NCBI RefSeq assembly: GCF_009914755.1
Contig: NC_060940.1
Length of the DNA stretch: 64,000 nt
Direction: 5' to 3' (one strand)
From: the human T2T-CHM13v2.0 reference genome, Homo sapiens
Shown in pieces: positions 62,479-64,000 of this stretch. How positions within the stretch are numbered: position 1 is the stretch's first letter; the number at the start of each line of letters is the position of its first letter. The translations under genes were made by a program, and so were the position numbers. The notes below the pieces were generated by a model. The model had not been told where the DNA came from, did not search any database, and saw nothing but the letters and a program-made list of their open reading frames with translations.

Positions 62479-63188
62479 TAGCCAGGCCCGGCTCCTGTGG
62501 TCCTTTAGAATGGCCCCATGGTTTTGTAGCACTGACTGGGCCTACCAAGGGCGGGGCACTCCATGTGCATTTTCTCAGTCACTCTCAAGCATCTGATCAG
62601 GCAGTCGCTCCAGTCATCCCCATTTTAGAGATGGGGAAACCAAGGCTCAGAGAGGTTGACTCTCTCTGGCCATAAATGGCAGGGCTGGGACTCAAGCCCT
62701 CAAGTACCTGCTCTTTCCCCAAACCCAACGGGAACCCTCCTTTCAATGGGAGGCCATGAGGCCTCCCTGAGAGTAGGAAGGTTATCATGTGACCCTGCCC
62801 CTCTGGCCACAGCTGATTGGTCCAGCTCTGGGCATGTGACCCCAGCTGCGGGATTTTTCAATCTCTGTGTCTCTGTGTAGGGGTGGAAGGGCAACAGCCA
62901 CCTGTCCTGCCACAGGGAGAAAGGCAAGCTGCAGTGAAGCTGGGAGAGGCAGAGGTGGAGGCAGGGCCCCAGGGTCCCGTAAGGCCCCTCTATATGCCTG
63001 CCCTCCCCACACTTTGGTTGCTCCGCACTTGAGGAATCTGAGAACCAGTGAATCCCTTTTCACCTGACCAGCAGTGGGTTTCTGTGTCTGGAAACCAAAA
63101 GTACCTAACAGAAGTGGCTACACCTGGCTGGGCGCGGTGGCTCATGCCTATAATCCCGGCACTTTGGAAGGCCGAGGCAGGCAGATCA

Positions 63189-63296
<108 letters not shown>

Positions 63297-63454
63297 CTAC
63301 TTGGGAGGCTGAGGCAGGAGAAATCTCTTGAACCCAGGAGGCGGAGGTTGCAGTGACCAAGATCATGCCACTGCAGTCCAGCCTGGGCGACAGAGCAAGA
63401 CTCTGTCTCAAAAAAAAAAAAAAAAAGAAAAAGAAAAAGAAATGGAGAGAACTG

Positions 63455-63650
63455 CAGTGTTAACCATGGCAGCCATTAGCCGTGTGTGGCTACTAAACAC
63501 CTAACGTGGTGAATGTGACTGAGGAACTGAATGTTTTATGCATTGGATTTAAACTGGCTTAAATGTAAACTTAGCCACTTGTGCCAAGTGGCTACACTTA
63601 CCACAGATAGAGAGCATGTCCATCATGAGGGACGTTCTGTTGGCCAGTGG
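63455..63650. mobile_element. MER3-like DNA transposon remnant
   Basis: gcagccattagccgtgtgtggctact...gtgactgaggaactgaat...tagccacttgtgccaagtggctac. Confidence 0.65.
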
Positions 63651-63802
63651 TGGCCTAAATCTCGCATGCTGTTCTGAAGAGTAAAAGAGCAAATGTGTTT
63701 AATGTGCCCGTCTGTAGAGAGTGGGCACTCACTGGGTGGCAGCCACGAGCACTGTGACTGGACAAACCCAGCGCAGGTCACAGAGTTATCACAGAGAACT
63801 GA

Positions 63803-63982
<180 letters not shown>

Positions 63983-64000
63983 TGACTACCCCATACCAGC

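Overview
Primate genomic DNA, almost certainly human (the MGRN1-NUDT16L1-ANKS3-DNAAF8 gene order is the 16p13.3 locus). It is GC-rich at the left and very Alu-dense from about 17 kb onward. I reconstructed four spliced protein-coding genes by hand from GT-AG boundaries and reading-frame phase. (1) The 3' end of MGRN1 (+) has two alternative last-exon acceptors (3710, 6248) and a shared AATAAA at 8407. (2) NUDT16L1/TIRR (+) is complete, with 3 coding exons summing to 211 aa and a degenerate Nudix box. (3) ANKS3 (-) is complete, with 15 coding exons summing to 1971 nt = 656 aa + stop, plus non-coding 5' exons and a 3'-UTR intron. (4) The first 7 exons of DNAAF8/C16orf71 (+) lie head-to-head with ANKS3 on one CpG island that carries an RFX X-box. 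There are no prokaryotic-type systems, CRISPR arrays or structural RNA genes, and I see no wholly new biological system. The best leads are: a sense-oriented Alu exon that would rewire translation initiation of ANKS3; a candidate in-frame cassette exon in the MGRN1 3' region; an isoform-specific inverted Alu pair in the MGRN1 3' UTR; a locally triplicated non-Alu segment with one copy inside an Alu linker; and a strong-context mini-uORF in DNAAF8. Repeat boundaries and TSS positions are approximate.
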